IMG/VR virus record: IMGVR_UViG_3300047461_000116
Coordinates: 1-25,191 of that record
Strand: one strand, 5' to 3'
Length of the DNA stretch: 25,191 nucleotides
DNA from: a virus
Taxonomy: Duplodnaviria; Caudoviricetes
The notes below the pieces were generated by a model that was given only the letters and a program-made list of their open reading frames with translations, was not told where the DNA came from and made no database searches. This document shows positions 1-9,600 of the stretch, one piece after another. Within the stretch, counting starts at the first letter, position 1, and each line of letters opens with the position of its first letter. A program made the translations under genes and the position numbers.

Positions 1-2547
1 GAATACACCTGCTGTTGTACTTCCATTGCCTTCATACGAACCAATTTTGCTAAATCCGGCAACAGAGGTAAAGCAAAGGGCAAAAAGGCTTTTGGTGTTA
101 TCAGAATTATTTGAGCCTACAGGGAAGACAGTTGACGTGGCTGTTCCGTCGTTCCAAAAACCTGCAAAGTCTGTAAATTTTCTCGTGTCGTTTAGATAAG
201 CGTAATGAGTTCCATCAAAGGTTGAGCTGTAAACAGGCCAGTTGTCTGAATAACTAGGGTCGCCATACACTTTGGCAATAATCAGATCAGGTTTAGCGTT
301 CAAACCGTGCCCAATAGTTCCAGCGGAACCTGTTCCTGTCCAGGTCACATGGGATATGCCAGCATCAGCATTTTTTACGACAGAGGAAGTAATTGTGCCG
401 TCAGTATTGCTTGATGCAGACCCTGGTATGTTCCAAGCCCACGCAACGTAAGTCCTGTTGCTTCCGTTCGTTTCTGCGTAATTTCCAATGTCAAAACCAT
501 CAGAATTAAATGCAGTTACGCCATTCTGCGTACTTTCTCCTGCGGCTGAAGAAGGTATCAAAAGCTTAGTCGCTCCACGCACAGTGTCATAAAGACCATG
601 CTTGTCTGGATCCGAACGACCTTTTAGCCATACGAGATTTGGGGCAAAATTGTAACCATTTACGGTTATCGTGCTGCTGCCGCCGTTGCCTGTATATAGC
701 TTGATATCAAAATGATCTCTGGCGGTAATCGTCGGGGTCGGGAGCGACGCAGTATTCAAAGCCTTGAAACCTGAGGGCGCTGCATAGGTCCAAGGTCTGG
801 CTCCAAAATTTGCCTCAAGTTCTGAAGAAATGCTGTCACCGTTATATGGACCGGCCATAAATAAATAGCCACCGCTATAAGTAAGACTGCTGAAGTCCGG
901 ATTGTTTCCGTTGGCCGGATCACCAGTTCCACTTGCATTGGTCATCCATGTTCCATTTTTTGCCACCCAAAGTTTTCCGGCATCAGCGTCGAAAGCTAGT
1001 GAAAGAATATCGCCGGTGCTTACTGAACTGCTGTAGTTATGTTGATTTGTGCCATTTGTTTGAGAAGTAAATCCGTTGCTGTGACACTTAAAACCAAAAT
1101 CTTCAGCAGTGCTAGTTACGCCGCTGCCTTCTGCACCGTCACGATTGGTTTGGCTGATCCCAAAAGTAATAAAATTACCACCATCCCCATTTGAATTTAT
1201 ATTTGATGTGTAGTGATATTCCATATACCACTTGCCACTTGTCATTGCAACTGTTGACGCAATAATTGCGTAGCCTGCCGCAGGCGCCTGTGCATTCAGA
1301 TTGCCATTTGAAAGCGATTTATTCTCGCCAAACAACGGGTTCCAAGTCGCGTAATTCCCCGAGACTTCTCCCCCGGCACCTGTGTCATCTGACGAATCGC
1401 CGTTTGTTGGTACGTCACGCAGAACGTCGTTGCCTACACCTGGATAAGGGGTAGCGTCCGCTAGCAGCTCTCCATCAATCCTGATAGCCGAGATCCGTGC
1501 GTTGCCTTGTCCATTTGTGTTATCTAGGTCAATACTTGTTAGCGGCGATGAAATGCCAGTAACAGTAACTACTGACAAGCCACTAGAAAACTGAGACGTT
1601 ACATTTGTCCCGTTAACGTAAATTTCCGCGCCATCATGCGCTCCCCTAATCGACAAAGTAGTGAAGGCTAGTGACGAAGGAGCTGTCCAGGTTGACTTAA
1701 CGTTGCTGCCCCCAATCGTCAGGCCAGTGCCGGTCCCGTTAAAGCAATTTGTAGCCGGAAAGCCTGCAAGCAGATTGTTAGACCAACCATTGCTCCATGT
1801 TGTAAGCGAAGCCTGAGAAATGTTGTTTACCGTAAAGTCATTGTCATTGCCACTTGAGTCGTGGCCCACTGTACTTTCTGACGCAAAGTCGAAAAGATGA
1901 AATCCGTTCGTTCCATATGCTCCGCTAAATGATGATGCTTGCCAGACTCCGTTATCGTCAAACGCTCCAAAGTCGGTTACATCTTTAGCCGTACCATCAA
2001 TCAGAATGGTAGATGCAAGATACCCGTTAAAGTAATCAGCAGCGGTATATGAACGGCGGCCAAACGTATGGGCTGCTGTTGTATTTACAAAAGTGTTTTG
2101 ACTTGATGGCATCAACGTGCCACTTACAGACTGAAGAACACCGTTGACATAGATCTTAAAACGATCAGCTTGTGTGCCGTTTGTGGTGTCTGCAATGACA
2201 ACAATGTGATACCACGCGTGATCACGGAAGACAGCATCAGTTGTAATTGAAAAAACTGTACTACTTGATGCAATTACAAATGCAAAAATCTTGTCAGAAC
2301 TGTTAAAACCAAAACCAAAACGTCCTGGGGTATTGCCAGCCCCCGCACCAAAAATGTGGTTATCGTTTCCGGTCTTTTTTACCCATGTTGAAAGCGTCCA
2401 GGTCGTATTTGAACCTGCAGATGACGGGGTGCGATTGAGAAATGCGGAGTCTCCTGAGTTGAACCGAACGCTTTTTTCTAGCGTGACCGCAGCATCAGCA
2501 GCAGCCGACGTGAAAAACAGCGGGCTTGCACTTCCAGGAATACTCAT
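1..2547 (-). CDS. Tail fibre/receptor-binding protein with LamG/concanavalin-A-like, SPRY-like and C-terminal beta-rich domains (3'-partial, >849 aa)
   Basis: Absent from the ORF track because it has no stop in the window. Manual translation from ATG 2547 (ATGA overlap with the upstream stop): MSIPGSASPLFFTSAAADAAVTLEKSVRFNSGDSAFLNRTPSSAGSNTTWTLSTWVKK (LamG-like); ...LSNGNL...SGKWYME...GDILSLAFDADAGKLWVAKNG (SPRY-like); ...LYTGNG...FAPNLVWLKGR...YVAWAWN...FSKIGSYEGNG, still in the same frame at base 1. Confidence 0.85.
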   Translation of the reverse strand, partial: MSIPGSASPLFFTSAAADAAVTLEKSVRFNSGDSAFLNRTPSSAGSNTTWTLSTWVKKTGNDNHIFGAGAGNTPGRFGFGFNSSDKIFAFVIASSSTVFSITTDAVFRDHAWYHIVVIADTTNGTQADRFKIYVNGVLQSVSGTLMPSSQNTFVNTTAAHTFGRRSYTAADYFNGYLASTILIDGTAKDVTDFGAFDDNGVWQASSFSGAYGTNGFHLFDFASESTVGHDSSGNDNDFTVNNISQASLTTWSNGWSNNLLAGFPATNCFNGTGTGLTIGGSNVKSTWTAPSSLAFTTLSIRGAHDGAEIYVNGTNVTSQFSSGLSVVTVTGISSPLTSIDLDNTNGQGNARISAIRIDGELLADATPYPGVGNDVLRDVPTNGDSSDDTGAGGEVSGNYATWNPLFGENKSLSNGNLNAQAPAAGYAIIASTVAMTSGKWYMEYHYTSNINSNGDGGNFITFGISQTNRDGAEGSGVTSTAEDFGFKCHSNGFTSQTNGTNQHNYSSSVSTGDILSLAFDADAGKLWVAKNGTWMTNASGTGDPANGNNPDFSSLTYSGGYLFMAGPYNGDSISSELEANFGARPWTYAAPSGFKALNTASLPTPTITARDHFDIKLYTGNGGSSTITVNGYNFAPNLVWLKGRSDPDKHGLYDTVRGATKLLIPSSAAGESTQNGVTAFNSDGFDIGNYAETNGSNRTYVAWAWNIPGSASSNTDGTITSSVVKNADAGISHVTWTGTGSAGTIGHGLNAKPDLIIAKVYGDPSYSDNWPVYSSTFDGTHYAYLNDTRKFTDFAGFWNDGTATSTVFPVGSNNSDNTKSLFALCFTSVAGFSKIGSYEGNGSTTAGVF

Positions 2548-4979
2548 GACACGTTCAGCAGCGAAGTGACCGTAATACGGGTCGAGCTTTCCACATAGTA
2601 GGCAAGAACATCAACGGCACTAGCCGTTGTCGTCAGAGTCGGTGCCGTTCCACCAGCAAACTTCCACTTGGTTCCCGTGTATGAAAGCGTTCGGCTGCCC
2701 GTTGAGTCCTGCGTCACCACGATCACACCAGACTGACCAGCAGTAACGTTTGTTGGATCACCTAAAGAGCGATTGCCTGCAAGCGTCACGCTGAAATTGT
2801 TGCCTAGGCTCAAGTCAACAGCAATCGTTGCTGCATCAGTCAGCGCAACAGGCGTTCCACGCTGTGCTTTTGTAAAGCTCTGAGTAACAGCAAGACCAGC
2901 GAGAGTTGTGGTGCTAGCAGGAATCGTGACGGTAACGTCAGCTGTTGGATCAGCAGCACTCAGCGTCAGCTCAAAATCATCAGCAGTTGCTCCCTCAAAC
3001 ACCAAGCTGGCATCAGTGCTGATATTCCCGACAACCTGCAACGTCGAATCAAGCGTTACCGCTCCAGTGACATCCAGCGTTCCAGGGATGTCTACATTGC
3101 TGGTGAACTCAACGCCAGTGCCAGCCGAATCGGTCTGCAGCAGTTGACGTGCAGTGCCATTCGCAAGCTTGCTAACTGCAATCTCTGCACTTGCGCTGAT
3201 GTCTGCGTTGGCAATCGTGCCATCCGCAATCATCGTGCTGGTAACAGTGCCGCTATCGCCCGTGCTCACCAAGGTGCCGGTGACATTGGGCAGTGACAAA
3301 GTTCTGTCAGCCGTAGGGTCAACAACTGTCAGCGTCGTTTCGTAATCGTCAGCAGTTGCACCCTCAAAAACAAGCGTTCCAGCAGTGTCGATCGTGACGT
3401 TGCCGGTGAATGTTGGATTAGCGGTGCCGACTTTTTCGGCGTCAAGCTCTTGCAGCGCAGCTTGCACGTCCGTGCTGCTGATGTTGCCGGATGCAACGAC
3501 AGAAATGTTGCTTGCAGTTTGGCCCGCGATTGCATTGGAAACGTCCACTAACTGGTACGCGCTTCCCGTGCCCAAACTTACAAGCATGTCCGGGGGTGCT
3601 AGAGCAACTGCAGGTGCAGGAGAAGACCCAGTTCCGCTCGTATCGACAACAACGTAATAGTTAAGATTGCTGTTTGCCGGATCGGGCAAGCCAGATCCTG
3701 ATGTGAAACCAGCAGCAGATCCAGCCGTCGTGACGCTGCTTAGCTGATTGGTGCTTGCGTCGTATGTTCCAGCGTTTACAAGGTTGCCGCTGATAACTGT
3801 GATTGGCTGGAAGGATGACCCGGTCCAGATATACAGATCGCCGTCAGTGGACTCGTCAAAGAAAAACTGACCTTTGAAGTCACCATCAGGAAAGACGACC
3901 ACGTTATCCGTCGCCCCGGCCCCACCAAATTTGGTAACCGATTCGTTCGCTAATTTTGTTCCAGTGACAGCAGCGTTAGCAATTCGCGCAGTCGGCAAAG
4001 TTCCAGACGTAATTTTGTCTGCATCAATATCCGGGATGTCAGCAGCAGCAAGATTGACTGCACTCGTAACGTGACCCTGAGCATCAACAGTGACCTTCGT
4101 AAAGGTGCCAGCTGTTGTGCTGTTGGTGTGATTAAGCGTGCCACCAGACGCAACTTCAAGACCCGATCCAGGGACAACAGCGCCCTTTGCACTAGATGTT
4201 GCTTCGGGTAGATCGCTTGCTGCAATAACTCGACCAGCAGTAATCAGACCGTTGGCGTCATATTGAACAAGGTGATGTTCAGTCGTTTCTGCCGTAACGG
4301 TGTTGTCAATCTGAATTTCGTCATTGCTCAGCGTCAGACCATTGCCGTTGACGGCAACAGCACCCTTTGCTGATGAAGTTGCAGTCGGCAAATCACCGCT
4401 TGCAATCGCTCGATAGCTGACCGCTCCAGATGCAGAAGTAGGACCAGCAAGGAACTGTGCGCCTGCAGTGGTGTTATCTAGTGAAGGCGTGATCGTTACT
4501 TCATCACCGCTTGTCGTGATGGTGATGTTGACGATGCCGCTACTGGTGCCGACAACGGCATTAACCGAACCAGCACCTTTGACTGACTGCCATGCGCTTG
4601 AATCCCAAATATAAATTTTGTTGTCGTCCGTGTCTAAAGCAAGCTGACCCGTATAAGCGCCAGATGCCGGTAGCGTTGTGACTAGATCACAGGTGGCTTC
4701 ATCAGCAATCTTTGCTGCCGTGATCGCATCGTCAGCAATCTTGGCTGTTGCAACACCAGCATCAACCAGTGCCGTGCCAGCAACCTCACCCGTACCAAAC
4801 AGAATCTTTGCGCCAGGGATGCTGTCGTCAGCAATCAGGTCAACACCAGACTCAATCAGGTTCTGGAGCGTGATCTTTTTGGTTTCAGACGCGCTGGTAT
4901 CAACAATCGCTAGCTCGTCACCAGTCGCCAGGTTCGCTCCGGCAAGAGCTGTAAGCTCACTAATCTTTAGATCGGCCAT
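2544..4979 (-). CDS. Long tail fibre protein (811 aa, Ala/Thr/Gly/Ser-rich, internally repeated)
   Basis: N-terminal MADLKISELTAL anchor-like motif, TAAKIAD-type shaft repeats, ATSSAKGAV repeats, C-terminal TQDSTGSRTLSY..WKFAGGTAPTLTT..AVDV domain; GGAGG RBS upstream; located after the tail tip genes. Confidence 0.85.
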   Translation of the reverse strand: MADLKISELTALAGANLATGDELAIVDTSASETKKITLQNLIESGVDLIADDSIPGAKILFGTGEVAGTALVDAGVATAKIADDAITAAKIADEATCDLVTTLPASGAYTGQLALDTDDNKIYIWDSSAWQSVKGAGSVNAVVGTSSGIVNITITTSGDEVTITPSLDNTTAGAQFLAGPTSASGAVSYRAIASGDLPTATSSAKGAVAVNGNGLTLSNDEIQIDNTVTAETTEHHLVQYDANGLITAGRVIAASDLPEATSSAKGAVVPGSGLEVASGGTLNHTNSTTAGTFTKVTVDAQGHVTSAVNLAAADIPDIDADKITSGTLPTARIANAAVTGTKLANESVTKFGGAGATDNVVVFPDGDFKGQFFFDESTDGDLYIWTGSSFQPITVISGNLVNAGTYDASTNQLSSVTTAGSAAGFTSGSGLPDPANSNLNYYVVVDTSGTGSSPAPAVALAPPDMLVSLGTGSAYQLVDVSNAIAGQTASNISVVASGNISSTDVQAALQELDAEKVGTANPTFTGNVTIDTAGTLVFEGATADDYETTLTVVDPTADRTLSLPNVTGTLVSTGDSGTVTSTMIADGTIANADISASAEIAVSKLANGTARQLLQTDSAGTGVEFTSNVDIPGTLDVTGAVTLDSTLQVVGNISTDASLVFEGATADDFELTLSAADPTADVTVTIPASTTTLAGLAVTQSFTKAQRGTPVALTDAATIAVDLSLGNNFSVTLAGNRSLGDPTNVTAGQSGVIVVTQDSTGSRTLSYTGTKWKFAGGTAPTLTTTASAVDVLAYYVESSTRITVTSLLNVS
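2918..3374 (-). repeat. Duplicated ~29-aa fibre module LVFEGATADD(Y/F)ExTLxxxDPTADxTxxxP (copies at ~3288-3374 and ~2918-3006)
   Basis: Directly visible in the translation: LVFEGATADDYETTLTVVDPTADRTLSLP versus LVFEGATADDFELTLSAADPTADVTVTIP. Confidence 0.9.
4175..4410 (-). repeat. Duplicated fibre motif IAxxDLP(T/E)ATSSAKGAV
   Basis: IASGDLPTATSSAKGAV and IAASDLPEATSSAKGAV in the 811-aa translation; coordinates approximate. Confidence 0.85.
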
Positions 4980-4986
4980 GAGCGAT

Positions 4987-5002
4987 TAACCCTCCAGGGT
5001 TA
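4987..5002 (-). promoter_or_regulatory. Hairpin containing the upstream stop codon and the fibre-gene Shine-Dalgarno
   Basis: Minus strand TAACCC-TGGA-GGGTTA: perfect 6-bp stem; TAA is the stop of 5000..5869 and GGAGG spans the loop and 3' arm. Confidence 0.6.
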
Positions 5003-5869
5003 CTGATCAGTCTCTAGAACGAGTTTAGCGTTTGCATCTTGATCCAAAAGTATGTCGTCGCCGCTTTCCTGCAGCAACGCATCAGGAACAATCAAGTTCA
5101 TCTTGAGTTGAATTGAACCTGTAGTGACAAAATCAGCTGTAATCTGCACTGTGTTGTCTGGGGCAAACTGCACCGCGCATGATGTAATTACGCCTTTGAA
5201 GTCATAATAAATTTCATCGTTTGCCCGCGCTGCAACACCACTTGGGTTGTAATCATTCCGCTTGATGTAAAATTTGCCGCGAAACTGACTGCCAACCTTG
5301 GTGCGAAGGGACAGTTCTACCAAGTAATTCGGCAGTTCGTTTGCGGTATCTCCGGTGTATTCCCAGAACGCACTCATGCGACCGGAACCAGATATCAACG
5401 TGTTAGCTCTTGAGCGAAACTCTTCAGAAAGCGCAGTTGTGTCAACGGTTTCGCGTTCTGTGTTTAACTCAAACCCAGTAACCTGAGCCAAAACCCTAGA
5501 CACACTGTTTTCAACAATTACCTCAATCGGTATCGAGTCACTAGGGACTGCAAGTGCTGTGGCGTTCGTTGATCCACCATTCACTGCATGAGCAAATGAG
5601 TCATACAGAAAAACACCGTCTAACTCGTCAACGTAGATAAATTTTTTTACCGACGAATCCGTATAACTGGCAATAAAGTCCAACGCGCTACCGTCAGTAC
5701 TTTTAATGACAATTTGATCGCCAGTAATTAGCTGACCATGATCAAAGTCGAAACTAAAACGCTTTTTTGTTGCGTTTACGTCGCCAGTGTCAATCGTTGA
5801 AAACAGTGAGCCGCCATCAAACTCCCGTTGCAGCTCAATTTCACCATGCGTGCCCAGGTAAACCGTCAT
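5000..5869 (-). CDS. Tail-tube-fold minor tail protein with an inserted domain and a C-terminal LLQESGD extension
   Basis: MTVYLGTHGEIEL...VLAQVTGFELNTERETVDTTALSEEFRSRANTLISGSGRMSAFW...GVITS..V......VQITADFVTTGSI aligns by eye with the 14501..14923 tube protein. Confidence 0.65.
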   Translation of the reverse strand: MTVYLGTHGEIELQREFDGGSLFSTIDTGDVNATKKRFSFDFDHGQLITGDQIVIKSTDGSALDFIASYTDSSVKKFIYVDELDGVFLYDSFAHAVNGGSTNATALAVPSDSIPIEVIVENSVSRVLAQVTGFELNTERETVDTTALSEEFRSRANTLISGSGRMSAFWEYTGDTANELPNYLVELSLRTKVGSQFRGKFYIKRNDYNPSGVAARANDEIYYDFKGVITSCAVQFAPDNTVQITADFVTTGSIQLKMNLIVPDALLQESGDDILLDQDANAKLVLETDQ

Positions 5870-6303
5870 GATCCAATAGAGGCAGTTGCAACAGCGCCAG
5901 TGCCTTGGAACGCAATTTCGGCTCGAACAATGTCGCCAGTCGCTGCCCCAAGGGTTGCGCTTGTAATGTAAGCGGTCAACTTAATGTCGTTGTTGTCCGT
6001 TCCATCAACCCAGCGAAAGGTCAACTCAACAGTGTCTGAACTGCTGACGCCATCCGTGCCCGTTTTAATCAGCTTGTTGAGCAGGTCTGTCGTGTTTATT
6101 GCGTTGTTGTCATCCTTGTAATACAACAACGTCGCACTGCCTGAATACCCTGTAACACCAGGGCTATAACTTCTAACGCCATCACCCAAAGTTGTGGTCT
6201 CAAGCGTTTCTAGGTTGCTGGATACAGCAAAATTCACGACTTTGGCAAGGGTCGTGCCAGCAAGCTGCATTACTCCATCCCTGCCGGTGTAAACCTTTGC
6301 CAT
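5866..6303 (-). CDS. Tail-tube-like minor tail protein (145 aa)
   Basis: YTGRDG..LAKVVNFAVSSNLETLETTTLGDGVRSYSPGVTGYSGSATLLYY...AYITSATL....GDIVRAEIAFQGTG follows the tail tube motif pattern. Confidence 0.7.
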   Translation of the reverse strand: MAKVYTGRDGVMQLAGTTLAKVVNFAVSSNLETLETTTLGDGVRSYSPGVTGYSGSATLLYYKDDNNAINTTDLLNKLIKTGTDGVSSSDTVELTFRWVDGTDNNDIKLTAYITSATLGAATGDIVRAEIAFQGTGAVATASIGS

Positions 6304-6677
6304 TAGAGCACACCAATTAAATTGACTGTAACGCTACTGGTCCCCGGACGCACAGACGAAATCTGTGGCGGCGATTCATATCGCCAGTTATTGCCGGTAG
6401 CAGCATCAATCGCTGCAGCGTCACCGTTCCAACCTGCACGAAACTCAGACGGCAGCGTAAATACATCAAAGCCACCTTTCACTTCGTCGTAGTGGGTAAT
6501 AAAATCATCGGCTGCGGTGTCAGCGATATTGGCGTACTGCAACTGCAGTTTCATGCCAGTTCGCTTGTCGCCGTAAAGAATGCGAATTTCTTTTCCAGAT
6601 TGGGATGAAAAGGTTTTGTAGCGATAGTCGCCAGCGTCAAAAGAACGGCCAGTAGGTTTATGCGCGGGAAACGCCAT
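6303..6677 (-). CDS. Distal tail (Dit)/lambda gpM-like minor tail protein
   Basis: 124 aa with the pattern F.SQSG.E.R......MKLQLQY.......FITHY.EVKG.F..F.LP...WRY..PP typical of gpM/Dit-like proteins; translationally coupled on both sides. Confidence 0.6.
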   Translation of the reverse strand: MAFPAHKPTGRSFDAGDYRYKTFSSQSGKEIRILYGDKRTGMKLQLQYANIADTAADDFITHYDEVKGGFDVFTLPSEFRAGWNGDAAAIDAATGNNWRYESPPQISSVRPGTSSVTVNLIGVL

Positions 6678-9600
6678 TACTCGCCAATATCTCCTTCGAT
6701 TGTAATCGCACCTGCAGTGTCGAGAACATCAATCGCGAGCTGGCTTACGCCGTTGGAATTCACTGCGTAGTTGCTGGCCTTAATCGTGACGATGCCGTCT
6801 TGATCAACATCTAACGCTTCGATTTGATAGATTTCAGAAACGCTGCCTGCGCTTTCTTTCAGGCTGAACACTGAGTTAAATAGCTCGGTAGCTTTGCCGT
6901 TTTTGACATGCAACACACCTTCGCTTACTGCAGTGGTCTGCCGTTCCCAGTAGTAAACGTTATAAGCGCCATCAGCCAAAGCGTTGATGGCGACAACCGT
7001 TCCATCATCCTGGATGATGCCGTTGTTGTCAGGACGGTATGGGCTCATCTCACTGGCAACACGGATAAACTTGCCAGCTTCCAAGTTCAGGCCCCAGGGC
7101 AACGTCTTAAACGTAATCGTATGAGTCAGGTTTTTGCGCAGTGACAGGAAGTACCTGGCAACCTTTGCAGCGTGCTCGTCACTGGTGATGTGATTGAAAG
7201 TAAACTCTTCAATCGGAAGGTCGCTGTTGTCCGAGCCGTAATAAGCAATTAACGTCTTTTGCTCAGGGAACTGGTTGACCCGTGACTGCTGATAGATAAT
7301 TGCAGCCTGGAACATCTTTCGTTCTTCCAGCTCAAGCCATGTAAATTCCAAGCTGTCTTCAATGATGTTCCCTTCGGTAAACATCGCTGAGATTGCTACT
7401 GGGTTGCTTGCATCAATCTTGTGGTTTGAGTCATAGGGCAGTGCAGGCTCCAAGCTCATCTTGCCGTTTTTCAAGGATACGAAGCACAGAACGCTGGGCG
7501 CTTGCTCAGACAACCAGCTGCGCAGATTGACTGGGTCTGTGATCACGTCATCCCAGTACAGCTTGTTGTTTTCCAAGTAACGACCAGTCGTCGTCAGTAA
7601 TGCCTTGTCAACAAGAGCGCTGTTAAGGATATTGCCCGCTCCAGTGTCCTTGTTCGTTACCAAGTACCAGAGCAGATCAGTCAACAGATTGCTTGATCCA
7701 GTACCTCCCTCGACTAAACGCTCCACCTCAATGCCGTTCTTGACGTATGTCCGAAGTTGATCAAGCTGGTTGAAGTTGTCGCTTGATTTGAGTTTCAAAC
7801 CAGCCATTGCGCAGCCGTCGTAGTCAGGAATGGTTTCTTCCGACAGCGTTTCGTTAACATATACCAGCTCATGCTCTGGACCGTTGTCGCAACTGCGGCT
7901 AATCAAATCACCGTAGTGAGATACCTCAGCAATACCGCTATATCTTTGCCACAATCGCGTCGCGGTTCTGTTGAATGAAACTGTGCCGCTTGAGTTGGTA
8001 TTTTTAACAAATTTATATTTGAACGCAAATTGAACCCCGTTTGCGTTTCTTGCGTGCTTGGTAAAAGTGTCGCCTGCCTCATAATCGCCGTTGTAATTAA
8101 GCAGCTCAACACGCTCAACACGCCACCATTTGTTTCGGGGTGTATGGTCGTAGTTTTGTTCATACGAAATCAGATGCAGCCTCATATAAACTTCTTTTCC
8201 TGAAACGCGGGTGTATTCCCAGTTTTCGATGGTACGCCTTGTGTCATTATGAAGTCCCGCATTGTTATTGGCAAAATACGGGTCTTCCCCAAGAGCCAAC
8301 GCATAGATATTGCTTTCGGTCCTATCGTTGATTTCATCCCCTTGCTTGTAGCCTGGCCCAGTATCGTTAGCCACAATGCTGACTGCTTCAGGGTTTAGAT
8401 CAAGACTTTGGTTTTCTTTGCTAAGAGTGCCATAAATGATATCAATGTTGCCGTCACCATCTTGGTCAACAACCTCAGGGACTGCAGCCATCTCAAGATG
8501 GACAAACTTGTTTCGTGGCTCTTGTTTGTACCCACGCGCTGTAATTTGAAACTGACCATAGATAGTTTCACCGAACCAAGCTTCCGCACCAGTGCGCCCT
8601 CCGTCTAAAACAAAGACATCGCCTTCGCCATTGCTTTGGTTTACAAAAATAGCGCTGTTAAATGGACGAAGACGATATTCAAATTGTTTGCGCTCAGGGT
8701 GCTTGACCCTGATAAATGAATACTGGTCAACAGGAGAATTTCCTAAAACAGCAAAAATATAGGGGCCTACATTGACCCACCCATTATTTGAGCTTTTTGA
8801 TTCGTCGTAATTGCTTGGGCGCACATCAAGAGCAAAAAACGACATCCGATGCGCGAATGAAGTCACTTTGCCTTCCGAGTAAGAAATCCTGTCTTTATTG
8901 CTTTCAACAAGAGTTCTAGGGGATGGGACAGTATTGAAATTGGTCATGCCTTCAAACTTTGCCCAGACTTGCGATTTGAGGCCAATCTCAGTTACGTCGC
9001 AAGCTCGGGTGTTTTGAAACGTTCCAAGCTCATATTTCAACAGCGGATACCATGCTTCATGAATATCATCATTGACTTGAGTGAACGGCACTTTTTTGCC
9101 AGCAATAATTGCGTCTTCGTCAACAATCCCAATTTTCTTTTGAAAACGACTCCAGACCTCAATACATTCAAGCGTAATCGTGATGCCATTGTTTACATGG
9201 CTTTCTTTTGATCCGTCATAAGGTCCATCGTCTATAGTGCTGCGCCTTATTACCTTCCAAGTCGTACGGCCAATCATCCAAGTGGAGCCGAGCGTAAACA
9301 TAGCGTCATATCTTGCAGATTCAGCTTGAATTGCAGATCGAATATCACTTAGGTCAACAGGCTCAACGCCTCCGACTGAAAAAGGCTTTTCTTCTTGCCT
9401 ACCCTTGCCAATCAAAACCTCAATAGTGTCCCCAACTTGGCACTCAATTTCTTTTTTTACATTTGCCCAGGACTCATGGTTCCTGGATGATGTGTGTCTG
9501 ACCGTATGAGTCACGCGCCCATGGCGACTATGGCTAACAATGCCTACTCGTCTTGCATAATTTGTACCAGTGCCGGGCATTCCGCAATCACTGCTACCTT

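Noticed and set aside
1-4979. Diversity-generating retroelement or invertible fibre cassette
   Set aside because: Repeats are diverged at the protein level, not near-identical adenine-specific TR/VR pairs; no reverse transcriptase or invertase in the window.
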